Source: Candidatus Zhuqueibacterota bacterium
GTDB lineage: Bacteria; Zhuqueibacterota; Zhuqueibacteria; Thermofontimicrobiales; Thermofontimicrobiaceae
NCBI GenBank assembly: GCA_049322915.1
Contig: JBMOPW010000010.1
Span: 1 to 64,000, forward strand
Direction: 5' to 3'
Length of the DNA: 64,000 bases
The notes beneath the pieces are model-generated. The model searched no databases and was not told the DNA's origin. It saw only the letters and a list, made by a program, of their open reading frames with translations. Numbering within the stretch: position 1 is the first letter of the stretch; the number at the start of each line of letters is the position of its first letter. Both the position numbers and the translations under genes were made by a program. Shown in pieces: positions 31,285 to 41,390 of this stretch.

Positions 31285-33054
31285 ATGGACTCGGACAGGC
31301 GATCGACGGATGTCTATGAACAGATCGATGGGTATACCAAACCGCCGATCGTACCACTTCCGGCTACGGATGATATTGATTCCCTGAAGTATCTGGGCCT
31401 CACCATCAATGACACGTCGAGACGCATTGTCAACGCGGTGAAGGTGCTGACTGGCTTTCGTTCTTTTGAAACGAATTTGCCCAACACCATTGAGCATCAT
31501 CTCAGGAAAAATAATATGCGGCTGCCGGGATTGTTCGCGCCGGCGATTTCAGCGACGCTGGTTTTAGCCGATGATGCACGAATCGCTAACCCATTGGAAC
31601 GAGCTGCCACATTGATTTTTTCCGTTCGGAATCTGTGCGACGATATTTTTAGCGGGAAATTTTCCCAGGATCAATTTCGCGACCAGGGATTGGAAATGGG
31701 GCAATATCCAAATCTCTTTTCGACAAGTGTGGTGGTCTCAGGGAAAGATGTGCAGGTCTATAAAAGCACACAGAAAAATACGATCGCTGTGATCGTGGCT
31801 GGAAAATTCTACGGCCTGAATCTCGGCAATTTGACGAGCATCGGGCAAGTGAGCAAAACATTGTCCGAAATCGTGCAGAGCGCTCATGCGAACAAAGCCA
31901 GGGCAGACTATGTCTCCCCGGGCCCACTGACAGCGGCGACAAATATCACCCAGCAAAATATTTTCGGACGGCTGAGCAGGAATGAAGTCAATGCAGCATC
32001 ATTGGCAATGCTGCGCAACAGCCTGTTCACGCTGTGCCTTGAAATTGAAAGTACGCCATCGACCTACTCGGACGTGGCGATTCGCGCGCAGAGCAATAAT
32101 TACCAGAATCGCTGGTTTCATTCCGCCCTGCAAATTGTCGTTTTTGGCAATGCCAAAGCCGCCGCGATCTGTAATTTCACGGTCTATGTGGATGGCAATA
32201 CCATGATGCGGTCCGCCGCAGAGATTCAAAAACGAGCCGCGCAGGTTTCGTTGCACAGCACCATTGAGACCAGCGAGCCATCGCCGATCTCCGTGAAACA
32301 GATGGACTGGCAGGTCAATCGCGAAGCGGTGCGCCGCGCGTATCGCGATATCAGGATGATTCTGGATAATCAGCAGGCGACCTTTGAAATTCCCAATATC
32401 GGCCGGAAATATTTTGATGAACACCAGACCGACGCCGTGCCGGCGTTCATTCTGGCGCTTCAGTTGGCCATGCATCGGATGACCGGGAAATGGGTGAAGA
32501 TCGAGCAATTCCTGGCCATGTCGAAATACCGCTGCATGGATTTGACCACGACGACGGTGACGACGCCGGAAGTGGTTCAGTTCGGCGAACTGATGGAAAA
32601 CGGACGAATGGATGTTCAGGAATCCCTGAGCGCCCTGAATGCCGCGATTGTCTCTCAAAACGACCAGGCGCGTGCAGCCCGAAGTCAATTGAGATTGGGC
32701 ATCATCTTCACATTGTACCAGCGTTCTTTGAGCGCATCAAAAAAGGCTTATGTCAGAATCATCGTTCTCGTGGCTGCTGTCCTGTTGCGGATTCTTGGTC
32801 TGATTAAAATGCCGCCCGGGAATGATGTGATTGTATCCCATCCGGAAATTTATCCGGAAATCCCGGTGGTCGGTCGACCCGGCATTCGGTTACCGTATGT
32901 GAAATATCTGGGGTTGCATTACCAGATTTTCGATGAAAAGACAATTATCACGCTCATGCCGGGTGTGAGCTGGCACATCCCCAACACAGAATTCATTTAC
33001 ACATTGCGCAAGAGCCTTGAGAGCGTGCAATGGGTTCTGCGCCACAAAGAATAG
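31285..33054 (+). CDS. Choline/carnitine O-acyltransferase-family-like protein, catalytic His apparently absent
   Basis: Family-like motifs MGQY.NLFST, GKFY, LFTLCLE, NRWF..LQIVV, GRKYF, ALQLA.HR.TG. Strong RBS AAGGAGG precedes ATG 31285 (the ORF track starts at TTG 31258). Confidence 0.75.
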   Translation: MDSDRRSTDVYEQIDGYTKPPIVPLPATDDIDSLKYLGLTINDTSRRIVNAVKVLTGFRSFETNLPNTIEHHLRKNNMRLPGLFAPAISATLVLADDARIANPLERAATLIFSVRNLCDDIFSGKFSQDQFRDQGLEMGQYPNLFSTSVVVSGKDVQVYKSTQKNTIAVIVAGKFYGLNLGNLTSIGQVSKTLSEIVQSAHANKARADYVSPGPLTAATNITQQNIFGRLSRNEVNAASLAMLRNSLFTLCLEIESTPSTYSDVAIRAQSNNYQNRWFHSALQIVVFGNAKAAAICNFTVYVDGNTMMRSAAEIQKRAAQVSLHSTIETSEPSPISVKQMDWQVNREAVRRAYRDIRMILDNQQATFEIPNIGRKYFDEHQTDAVPAFILALQLAMHRMTGKWVKIEQFLAMSKYRCMDLTTTTVTTPEVVQFGELMENGRMDVQESLSALNAAIVSQNDQARAARSQLRLGIIFTLYQRSLSASKKAYVRIIVLVAAVLLRILGLIKMPPGNDVIVSHPEIYPEIPVVGRPGIRLPYVKYLGLHYQIFDEKTIITLMPGVSWHIPNTEFIYTLRKSLESVQWVLRHKE

Positions 33055-33119
33055 CGTAGCGTCACCCTTGATAAACCTGATCTCGAACGAACATTATTTT
33101 CAAATTTCAGAAAGTGACT

Positions 33120-36100
33120 ATGAGCGATTACTCAAAAATGATAGCATCGCTATCCCCGGAAAAACGAGCATTATTTGAAGCGCGGTTGAAGAAAAAGGGA
33201 AGCATGTACAACTCGTTCCCGGTTTCATTTTCCCAACAACGATTATGGTTCCTGGATCAGTTGGAGCCGGGAAATTCAATTTATAATATCCCGTCCGCAG
33301 TGCGATTATCCGGTGAATTGGATGTCGCCGCGTTGAAGCGGAGCGTTCACGAGTTGGTACGTCGTCATGAAATTTTGCGCACCACGTTCATGAGTGTGAA
33401 TGGCGAGCCCATGCAGATGGTGGCGCCTTCACGGCAACAGGACATGCCCATCATCGATCTGTCGCAGATGGACGAACCGCACCGCGACGCGATGATTCAG
33501 CGGCTGGCAGTGGAAGAGGCGGAGCGACCCTTCGATTTAGGCCGCGGCCCACTCCTGCGGACGTCCCTGATTCGGCTGAGCGATACCGAACACATCGCGC
33601 TGTACACTATGCACCACATCATCTCGGACGGCTGGTCCATGGGCGTGCTCATCCGCGAGATTGCTATTTTGTACGATGCCTATTCCAATAATCGGCCATC
33701 GCCGTTGCCTGATTTGCCCCTTCAGTACGCCGATTTCGCCAAATGGCAGCGACAGTGGCAGCAGGGCGAGGTGATCGAAAAGCAGCTCGACTACTGGAAG
33801 CAGCAACTCGGCGATACACCGCCGGTCCTGGAATTGCCGACTGACAGAACGCGCCCGGCAGAACAGACTTCTTCCGGCGCTGATGTGTCATTCAAATTTT
33901 CCCGCGAATTGAGCGAGCGACTGAACGACGTGAGCCGCAGAAACAGCGTGACGCTGTTCATGACGCTGCTGGCCGGATTCCAGACCCTGTTGCATCGCTA
34001 CACCCAGCAGGACGATATCGCAGTCGGCTCCCCCATTGCCAATCGAACCCGCGCCGAAACCGAAGCGCTGATCGGCTTTTTTGTCAATACATTGGTCCTG
34101 CGCAGCGATTTGTCCGGCAATCCCACGTTCAAACAGTTATTGGCGCGAGTCAGAGAAACCACGCTGGGCGCTTACGCCAATCAGGATGTGCCCTTTGAAA
34201 AACTGGTGGAAGTATTGCAGCCGGATCGCGATTTGAGCCATACACCGCTGTTTCAGGTGATGTTCATTCTTCAAAATACGCCCGTGGGCGCCTCGGAATT
34301 GCCGACCCTGTCCATGCACCCGTTGAAAATTGAAAGCCGGTCTTCCGAGTTCGACATCACGCTGTCCATGAACGAAGATCCGGAGGGACTGAGCGGCGCG
34401 TTGCAGTACAACAGCGATTTATTCAACGCCGAAACCATGTCGCGGATGCTCGTGCATTTTCAGATGCTGCTGGAACATGTCGCCATCAATCCGGATGCGA
34501 AGTTGTCGGACATTTCACTGGTTCCGGCGGCCGAGCGCCATCAACTTCTGCACGAGTGGAATGATACGAAACAGCCGTTGCCGGAGATGGCGTGCATTCA
34601 TCGCCTGTTTGAACAGACCGTAGAATCCGCGCCGGGCGCTGTGGCCGTGATGCGCGGGGACGACGTGATGACCTACCGGGAATTGAACGCGCGAGCCAAC
34701 CAATGCGCGCGCTATCTGCGCCGCCTCGGCGTTGGCGCTGATTCACTGGTGGGCATCAATCTGGATCGCTCGTTCGAGATGATCGTCGGCTTGATGGGCA
34801 TTTTGAAGGCCGGCGCCGGCTACGTGCCGCTCGATCCCAATTACCCGGCCGATCGATTGGAGTTCATGATCCGCGACGCCAGACTCTCGGTGATTCTCAC
34901 CAGACAGGCGCTCGCCGAATCGTTGCCATCCAATCAGGCGACCATTGTCCGGCTGGATTCCGACTGGAATGCGATTGCGGCGGAAAGCATGGAGAATGCG
35001 CAGGTATCGGTCGATCCGAAAAACATTGCCTACGTGATCTATACGTCCGGCTCCACCGGCAAACCCAAAGGCGTGGTCATCACGCATCAGTCCGTGGTCA
35101 ATCACAATCTGGCAGTGACCCGGTTATTCGAATTGACGCCGGCCGATCGCGTCCTGCAATTTGCTTCCATCAATTTTGATGCAGCAGTGGAAGAGATATT
35201 CCCGACGTTGCTGCGCGGCGCTGCCGTGGTCATACGGGATGGAAATGGCGTATTGCCCTCCGGAGCGGAATTGCAGAGCATGGTTCGAAAATACAACATC
35301 ACCGTTCTGGATTTGCCTACGGCCTACTGGCACGAATGGGTGTACGAACAGTCCCTGCTGAATGAGACTGCGCCGGACTCCCTGCGGCTGGTCATTGTCG
35401 GCGGCGATAAAGCCTCTGCCGAGAAGTTAATCGCTTGGCGTCGCAGCACATCTGGCCGGGTTGCCTGGATCAATACCTATGGCCCGACCGAAGCCACGGT
35501 CATTGCCACGGCGTTTGAACTGAAAAAAGATGCCGGCGATTGGGACAGCCAGGTCGAATTGCCCATCGGTTCTCCCATTCAGAATACAACGACCTACATT
35601 TTGGATTCGCATCTTCAGCCAGCGCCGGTGGGAATTCCCGGCGAGCTGTACATTGGCGGTCTGTGTCTGGCGCGCGGCTACCTGGATCGCCCCGAATTGA
35701 CTGCCGAGAAATTCATCCCGGATCCGTTCGGCGAAATTCCCGGCGCGCGGATGTACCGAACCGGGGATCTGGTTCGCTACCGGCCGGATGGCCAAATTGA
35801 GTTCATCGGTCGCGCTGATTTTCAGGTGAAAATACGCGGCTTCCGCGTGGAACTGGGCGAAGTGGAATCCGCGTTGCTGCGGCATCCGTCGGTTCGGGAA
35901 ACCATTGTCATCGTCCGCGAGGAGGCGCCGGGCGATAAACGCATGGTGGCATATTGCGCCCTGACGCCGGATGCGGCGTTGTCCGCGACGGATGTGCGCA
36001 ATTATCTGGCTGGCATATTACCGGAGTACATGGTGCCGACCGCTGTGGTGCTGCTGGAATCATTGCCCAAAACGCCAAACGGGAAAATCGACCGGCGGGC

Positions 36101-39100
36101 ATTGCCTTCGCCGGAATTTGGCCGCCCGGAATTGGAGTCCGTCTTCGTGGCGCCGAGAACGCCAGCCGAGGAATTGATCGCCGATATCTGGTCCCAGGTG
36201 CTCCATGTCCGGAAAGTGGGCGCCTTCGATAGCTTTTTCGAACTCGGCGGCCATTCGCTTCTGGCCACGCAGGTTGTGTCGCGGGTGCGCGATGTGTTCC
36301 AGGTAGAACTGCCATTGCGCAGTCTGTTCGAAAGCCCGACCGTGGCGGCGTTTGCGCAGCACATCGAACAGGCGAAAATGGCCGAAAAGGGCATTCAGGC
36401 GCCGCCCATCAGGAAAACCTCGCGGCAGCAGCCATCGCCACTCTCCTTTGCCCAGCAGCGATTGTGGTTCATGGATCAACTGGAGCCCGGCAGCGCCATG
36501 TACAACATCCCGGATGCAGTTCGACTGACCGGCGCGCTGAATGTGGATGCGCTTCAGCAGAGCCTCCGTGAAATTGTCCGTCGACATGAAATTTTGCGGA
36601 CCTCGTTTCAGACCGTGGACGGAAAAGCCACTCAGGTGATTGCTGATTCGCTGGAACTGGATTTCCCGATGATCGACCTCAGCGATCTGCCGGAGACCAT
36701 GCGCGAAGAAGAAGCCCTGAGATTGATTTTGGCCGAAGCGAAAAAGCCGTTCGATCTGGGCAAAGCGCCCATGCTGCGTACACTGCTGATCCGCCTGAGC
36801 GCCGGGGAGCATATCATTCTGCTCACCATGCATCACGTCGCGTCGGACGGCTGGTCCACCGGCGTTCTGATTCGCGAGGTGGCTGCGTTGTACGATGCGT
36901 TCTCCCACGGTCAGTCAAGCCCATTGCCGGAACTGGCGATTCATTACGCCGACTACGCTTCCTGGCAGCGCAATTGGCTCAAAGATGATGTGCTGGAAGT
37001 AGAATTGGATTACTGGAAAAAGCTGCTCAGCGATCGTCCGACGATATTGGAATTGCCCACGGATTTTTCCCGTCCGGCAGTTCAAACCTCCAATGGAGAT
37101 CACATCACCTTCACGCTGACCAAAGAATTGTCCAATCGGTTGAATGACATCAGCCGCAAGCAGGGCGCCACGCCATTCATGACGCTGTTGGCGGCGTTTC
37201 AGACGCTGCTCCATCGGTACACCGGCCAGCAGCATATCAACGTGGGAACGCCGATTGCCAATCGCACCCGCAGCGAAGCAGAGTCGCTGATCGGATTTTT
37301 TGTCAATACGCTGGTGCTGCATGCTGATTTTTCGCAGGGCATCAGTTTCAATAAATTGTTGCGGCAAGTGCGGGAAACGACTCTGGGCGCGTATGCGCAT
37401 CAGGATGTGCCCTTCGAAAAAATCGTGGATGCCATTCAGCCGGAGCGGGACATGAGCCGAACGCCGTTGTTCCAGGCCATGTTCATTTTACAAAACACGC
37501 CCAAACAATCGCTCGTGCTGGAAGGTCTGCGATTGGAAGCGATTGAACTGGACACTAAGCTTTCGACCTTTGACATCACCCTGTCGCTGGGGGAGACCGA
37601 GGCTGGGTACGCCGGCGCCATGGAATTCAACACGGATTTGTTCCGGCCGTCCACGATTCATCGGATGATTGCCCATTTCAAAAATCTCCTGCAGAGCCTG
37701 AGCGTCCAGCCGGACCTGTCTGTTTTGCGCCTGCCAATTCTCGATGAAATTGAACAGCAGCGAATACTAGTTGAATGGAATAAAACGGACGCAGCATTTC
37801 CGGATGGCGCCTGTTACCATGAATTGTTCCAAAAGCAAGTTGAGAAGACGCCGTCAGCCATTGCGCTCATTTCCGGGAATGGCGAATTGACCTACAGCGA
37901 GCTGAACGAACGCGCCAACCAATTGGCGCATCATCTGCGGAAGATCGGCGTGGGGCCGGAGAAGCTGGTCGGCATGTGCATCGAACGATCCCCGGAAATG
38001 ATCATCGGATTGCTGGCCATTCTCAAAGCAGGTGGCGGATACGTGCCGCTGGATCCTGATTATCCGGAAGAGCGGTTGACCTACATGATGACAGATTCGA
38101 AGCTATCGCATCTGCTCACCAAAAGCCATCTGGCCGCCTCATTGCCCACGCGCAACATGCACGTCATTCGTCTGGACACCGACTGGGAGCTGATTTCCCG
38201 CGAAGTGTCCACGTCAGTGATGAGCGGAGTTGCGCCGGACAATGTCGCGTACGTCATTTACACATCCGGTTCCACCGGCAAACCCAAGGGCGTGATGATC
38301 TCTCACCGGTCAGTCGTCAACCACAATTTTGCTGTGATGAACGAATTTCAGCTCACGAACCAGGATCGTGTGCTGCAATTTGCATCGATCAATTTCGATG
38401 CGGCTGTGGAAGAAATATTCCCGACTTTGTTGTGCGGCGCCACGCTGGTGCTGCGCAACAGCGATGGGGGACTCACTTCCGGCGCAGAATTACTTGAGTT
38501 GATTCGTTCGAAAAATCTGACCATGCTCGATCTGCCGACAGCGTACTGGCATGAGTGGGTCTATGAAATGACATTGCTGGAAGAGAAAATGCCATCTTCG
38601 CTGCGCCTTGTGATTGTGGGCGGAGATAAAGCCTCGCCGGAGCGACTGGCCGCCTGGCAACGCGTGGCCGGAAAGCAAGTGCGACTGCTCAATACCTACG
38701 GCCCCACTGAGGGAACAATCATTGCAACATCATTCGACCCCAATAACGAGCGCAATCCCTGGCAGCCCGGAACCGATCTGCCCATCGGCGCGCCAATCGC
38801 CAATCTCAAGACCTATGTGTTGGATGCGGCGTTACAGCCTGTGCCGGTCGGCGTCGCCGGTGAGTTGCACATCGGCGGTGCCGGCGTGGCACGCGGATAC
38901 CTTAACCGGCCGGACTTAACTGCCGATAAATTTATACCGGATCCGCACAGCAATGCGCCGGGCGCCCGTCTGTACAAAACAGGCGACCTGGTTCGTTATC
39001 GGGAAAATGGGGATATTGAATTCGTTGGGCGCGTGGATCACCAGGTCAAAATACGCGGCTTCCGCGTTGAACTCAGTGAAATCGAGTCGGTGCTGGAACG

Positions 39101-41390
39101 GCATCCGTCCCTGCGGGAAGTGGTCGTTGTAGCCCGCGAAGACGCCCAGGGTGCGAAAAAATTAGTGGCCTATTGTGTTGCCGGAAACAAGAATGAAGCT
39201 GATTCCAAAGAACAGCGCCGGCACGAGCGAGTGCCGTTCCTCAGTGAAGTCACCATCAAATTGAATGGCGATGAAAAGGCGCTCTTCAAAACCGAAGATA
39301 TTTCACCGGGCGGAGCGCGATTGCTGACCATCTCGCCCATTCCAAACTGGCAGGCGATTCAGCAGGCGCGCATGGCCATGAAGCTGCCCATTGCGCCGCA
39401 GCAAATTCATTTCAACAGCGACCTGATCTGGCAGGAAAATGGCCGCATCGGCATTGCCTTCCGCGATATGAGTCTGGACAATAAGACGCTGATCGATGAA
39501 ACGATTATTCGGCTCAAAGAGAATCAATTCGTGCTGATGAACGAGCTGCGCAATTTCCTCAAAGACAATTTGCCGGAATACATGGTGCCGTCCGCGTTCG
39601 TTATTCTGGAACGCTTGCCCCGAACTCCCAGCGGGAAAATCGACCGGAAAGCGCTGCCGGAACCGAATCAGGAGCGGGTTGAGTCCAGCAGCGCCTATGT
39701 TGAAGCGCGCGATGAAGTGGAAGAAAGCCTGACAAAAATCTGGAGCCAGGTTCTCGGCATCGGGAAAATCGGCGTCAACGATAACTTCTTTGAATTGGGC
39801 GGCGATTCCATTCTGAGCATTCAGGTCATTGCCCAGGCCAACAAAGCCGGCATTCGCCTGACGCCCAAGCAACTTTTTGAGCAGCCGACCATCGCCGGGC
39901 TGGCTTCTGTGGCTGGAAAGGGACAGGCTGTGTTTGCCGAGCAGGGCGAAGTGACTGGCGAGGTCCCGTTGACTCCAATCCAAAAATGGTTCTTCGATTT
40001 GAAACTGCCGGAATCGCATCACTGGAATCAGTCGGTGCTCTTTGAGATAGAACAGCATCTCAAACCGAACGCGCTCAGGATGGTCATTAAGAGCGTGATC
40101 GAACATCACGATGCGCTGCGATTCCGTTACGCCGGGCTGAATGATGCGATCAGGCAGCATATCGCGGCGAACGAAGAATCTGTGCCGTTCTCTATTGTCG
40201 ACTTGTCCGCGCTGCCGGAGACTGAATTGCAACGCGCTATTGAATCCGTTGCCGCGTCGGTTCAGCAGAGCCTGAATCTGGAATTCGGGCCAATCATTCG
40301 CGCGGCGCTGTTCCATCTGGGTGACAGCAAACCGCAACGGCTGCTCATTGTGGCGCATCACCTGGCCATCGACGGGGTGAGTTGGAGAATCCTGCTCGAA
40401 GACGTGATGACGTCGTATCAGCAATTTGAACGACTCGGCAGAATTCAGTTGCCGCAGAAAACAACCTCGTTCAAGTACTGGGCGGAGCAACTGTCGCGCC
40501 ATGCCCGGACGCCGGAATTGGAAAAGGAACTGGAGTACTGGCTGGAAATTGGCAAGCAACCCATTGCACCGCTGAAGACCGATTTCACTGCCGGAAAGAA
40601 CACCGAAGCCTCTGCCGGCAACATCGCTGTATCGCTGACCGAAGCGGAGACAAAGAAGCTATTGAAGGACGTGCCGGCTGTCTATCGGACGCAGATCAAT
40701 GATATTCTGTTGACGGCGCTGGCGCAGACATTCGGCGGCTGGATGAACTCCCGCAGTGTGCTGGTGGAGATGGAGGGACATGGCCGCGAGGACCTGTTCG
40801 GAAACGTGGATATCTCCCGAACCCTCGGCTGGTTCACCACGGTCTACCCTGTGCTGCTGAATCTGGGCGTGAGCCGGTCCATTGGCGACGAGATAAAAAA
40901 CATCAAAGAACAATTGCGAAAACTGCCGAATCACGGAATTGGATTCGGGCTGTTGAAATACATGGCTGAGAAGAGCGAAGTGACCAGCGCGCTTCGGACG
41001 TTGCCGGAGCCGCAGATCAGCTTCAACTATTTGGGACAATTCGATCAGGCCGGGACGAATGCCGGCGCTTTCAAAGGGGCGAAAGAATCCAGCGGGCCGG
41101 ATCATAGCCCAATGGGGGAGCGGAGCCATTTCATCGAGATCAATGGCAGTGTGGCCGGTTCCCGGTTGCAACTGGACTGGACCTACAGCGAAAATATTCA
41201 TGCGCGCGCCACGATCGAGCGGCTGGCGTATGATTTCATCGCCAGGTTGAAGGCCATCATCGCGCACTGCGAGAATCCCAATGCGGGCGGCGTGACGCCT
41301 TCGGATTTTCCATTGGCCAATCTCAAGCAGAAAGATCTCAATAAGGTGCTGAACAAGCTTAACAAAACCAAGGAAAAACGTGCATTATGA
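33120..41390 (+). CDS. NRPS: C-A-PCP-C-A[PilZ insert]-PCP-E (modules 7-8; Lys, D-Lys)
   Basis: C: HHIISDG and HHVASDG. A codes DAEDIGTVIK and DAEDIGTIIK. PCPs: GGHSL and GGDSI. E: HHLAIDGVSW, EGHGRE. About 110 extra aa between A8 and A9 of the second A domain. Alternative start GTG 33114. Confidence 0.95.
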   Translation: MSDYSKMIASLSPEKRALFEARLKKKGSMYNSFPVSFSQQRLWFLDQLEPGNSIYNIPSAVRLSGELDVAALKRSVHELVRRHEILRTTFMSVNGEPMQMVAPSRQQDMPIIDLSQMDEPHRDAMIQRLAVEEAERPFDLGRGPLLRTSLIRLSDTEHIALYTMHHIISDGWSMGVLIREIAILYDAYSNNRPSPLPDLPLQYADFAKWQRQWQQGEVIEKQLDYWKQQLGDTPPVLELPTDRTRPAEQTSSGADVSFKFSRELSERLNDVSRRNSVTLFMTLLAGFQTLLHRYTQQDDIAVGSPIANRTRAETEALIGFFVNTLVLRSDLSGNPTFKQLLARVRETTLGAYANQDVPFEKLVEVLQPDRDLSHTPLFQVMFILQNTPVGASELPTLSMHPLKIESRSSEFDITLSMNEDPEGLSGALQYNSDLFNAETMSRMLVHFQMLLEHVAINPDAKLSDISLVPAAERHQLLHEWNDTKQPLPEMACIHRLFEQTVESAPGAVAVMRGDDVMTYRELNARANQCARYLRRLGVGADSLVGINLDRSFEMIVGLMGILKAGAGYVPLDPNYPADRLEFMIRDARLSVILTRQALAESLPSNQATIVRLDSDWNAIAAESMENAQVSVDPKNIAYVIYTSGSTGKPKGVVITHQSVVNHNLAVTRLFELTPADRVLQFASINFDAAVEEIFPTLLRGAAVVIRDGNGVLPSGAELQSMVRKYNITVLDLPTAYWHEWVYEQSLLNETAPDSLRLVIVGGDKASAEKLIAWRRSTSGRVAWINTYGPTEATVIATAFELKKDAGDWDSQVELPIGSPIQNTTTYILDSHLQPAPVGIPGELYIGGLCLARGYLDRPELTAEKFIPDPFGEIPGARMYRTGDLVRYRPDGQIEFIGRADFQVKIRGFRVELGEVESALLRHPSVRETIVIVREEAPGDKRMVAYCALTPDAALSATDVRNYLAGILPEYMVPTAVVLLESLPKTPNGKIDRRALPSPEFGRPELESVFVAPRTPAEELIADIWSQVLHVRKVGAFDSFFELGGHSLLATQVVSRVRDVFQVELPLRSLFESPTVAAFAQHIEQAKMAEKGIQAPPIRKTSRQQPSPLSFAQQRLWFMDQLEPGSAMYNIPDAVRLTGALNVDALQQSLREIVRRHEILRTSFQTVDGKATQVIADSLELDFPMIDLSDLPETMREEEALRLILAEAKKPFDLGKAPMLRTLLIRLSAGEHIILLTMHHVASDGWSTGVLIREVAALYDAFSHGQSSPLPELAIHYADYASWQRNWLKDDVLEVELDYWKKLLSDRPTILELPTDFSRPAVQTSNGDHITFTLTKELSNRLNDISRKQGATPFMTLLAAFQTLLHRYTGQQHINVGTPIANRTRSEAESLIGFFVNTLVLHADFSQGISFNKLLRQVRETTLGAYAHQDVPFEKIVDAIQPERDMSRTPLFQAMFILQNTPKQSLVLEGLRLEAIELDTKLSTFDITLSLGETEAGYAGAMEFNTDLFRPSTIHRMIAHFKNLLQSLSVQPDLSVLRLPILDEIEQQRILVEWNKTDAAFPDGACYHELFQKQVEKTPSAIALISGNGELTYSELNERANQLAHHLRKIGVGPEKLVGMCIERSPEMIIGLLAILKAGGGYVPLDPDYPEERLTYMMTDSKLSHLLTKSHLAASLPTRNMHVIRLDTDWELISREVSTSVMSGVAPDNVAYVIYTSGSTGKPKGVMISHRSVVNHNFAVMNEFQLTNQDRVLQFASINFDAAVEEIFPTLLCGATLVLRNSDGGLTSGAELLELIRSKNLTMLDLPTAYWHEWVYEMTLLEEKMPSSLRLVIVGGDKASPERLAAWQRVAGKQVRLLNTYGPTEGTIIATSFDPNNERNPWQPGTDLPIGAPIANLKTYVLDAALQPVPVGVAGELHIGGAGVARGYLNRPDLTADKFIPDPHSNAPGARLYKTGDLVRYRENGDIEFVGRVDHQVKIRGFRVELSEIESVLERHPSLREVVVVAREDAQGAKKLVAYCVAGNKNEADSKEQRRHERVPFLSEVTIKLNGDEKALFKTEDISPGGARLLTISPIPNWQAIQQARMAMKLPIAPQQIHFNSDLIWQENGRIGIAFRDMSLDNKTLIDETIIRLKENQFVLMNELRNFLKDNLPEYMVPSAFVILERLPRTPSGKIDRKALPEPNQERVESSSAYVEARDEVEESLTKIWSQVLGIGKIGVNDNFFELGGDSILSIQVIAQANKAGIRLTPKQLFEQPTIAGLASVAGKGQAVFAEQGEVTGEVPLTPIQKWFFDLKLPESHHWNQSVLFEIEQHLKPNALRMVIKSVIEHHDALRFRYAGLNDAIRQHIAANEESVPFSIVDLSALPETELQRAIESVAASVQQSLNLEFGPIIRAALFHLGDSKPQRLLIVAHHLAIDGVSWRILLEDVMTSYQQFERLGRIQLPQKTTSFKYWAEQLSRHARTPELEKELEYWLEIGKQPIAPLKTDFTAGKNTEASAGNIAVSLTEAETKKLLKDVPAVYRTQINDILLTALAQTFGGWMNSRSVLVEMEGHGREDLFGNVDISRTLGWFTTVYPVLLNLGVSRSIGDEIKNIKEQLRKLPNHGIGFGLLKYMAEKSEVTSALRTLPEPQISFNYLGQFDQAGTNAGAFKGAKESSGPDHSPMGERSHFIEINGSVAGSRLQLDWTYSENIHARATIERLAYDFIARLKAIIAHCENPNAGGVTPSDFPLANLKQKDLNKVLNKLNKTKEKRAL
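39210..39515 (+). other. PilZ (c-di-GMP-binding) domain inserted in the adenylation domain
   Basis: EQRRHERVP (RxxxR, 39216-39230), EDISPGGARL (DxSxxG, 39297-39314), W....IGIAF strand and a terminal helix. Length about 100 aa. Confidence 0.88.
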
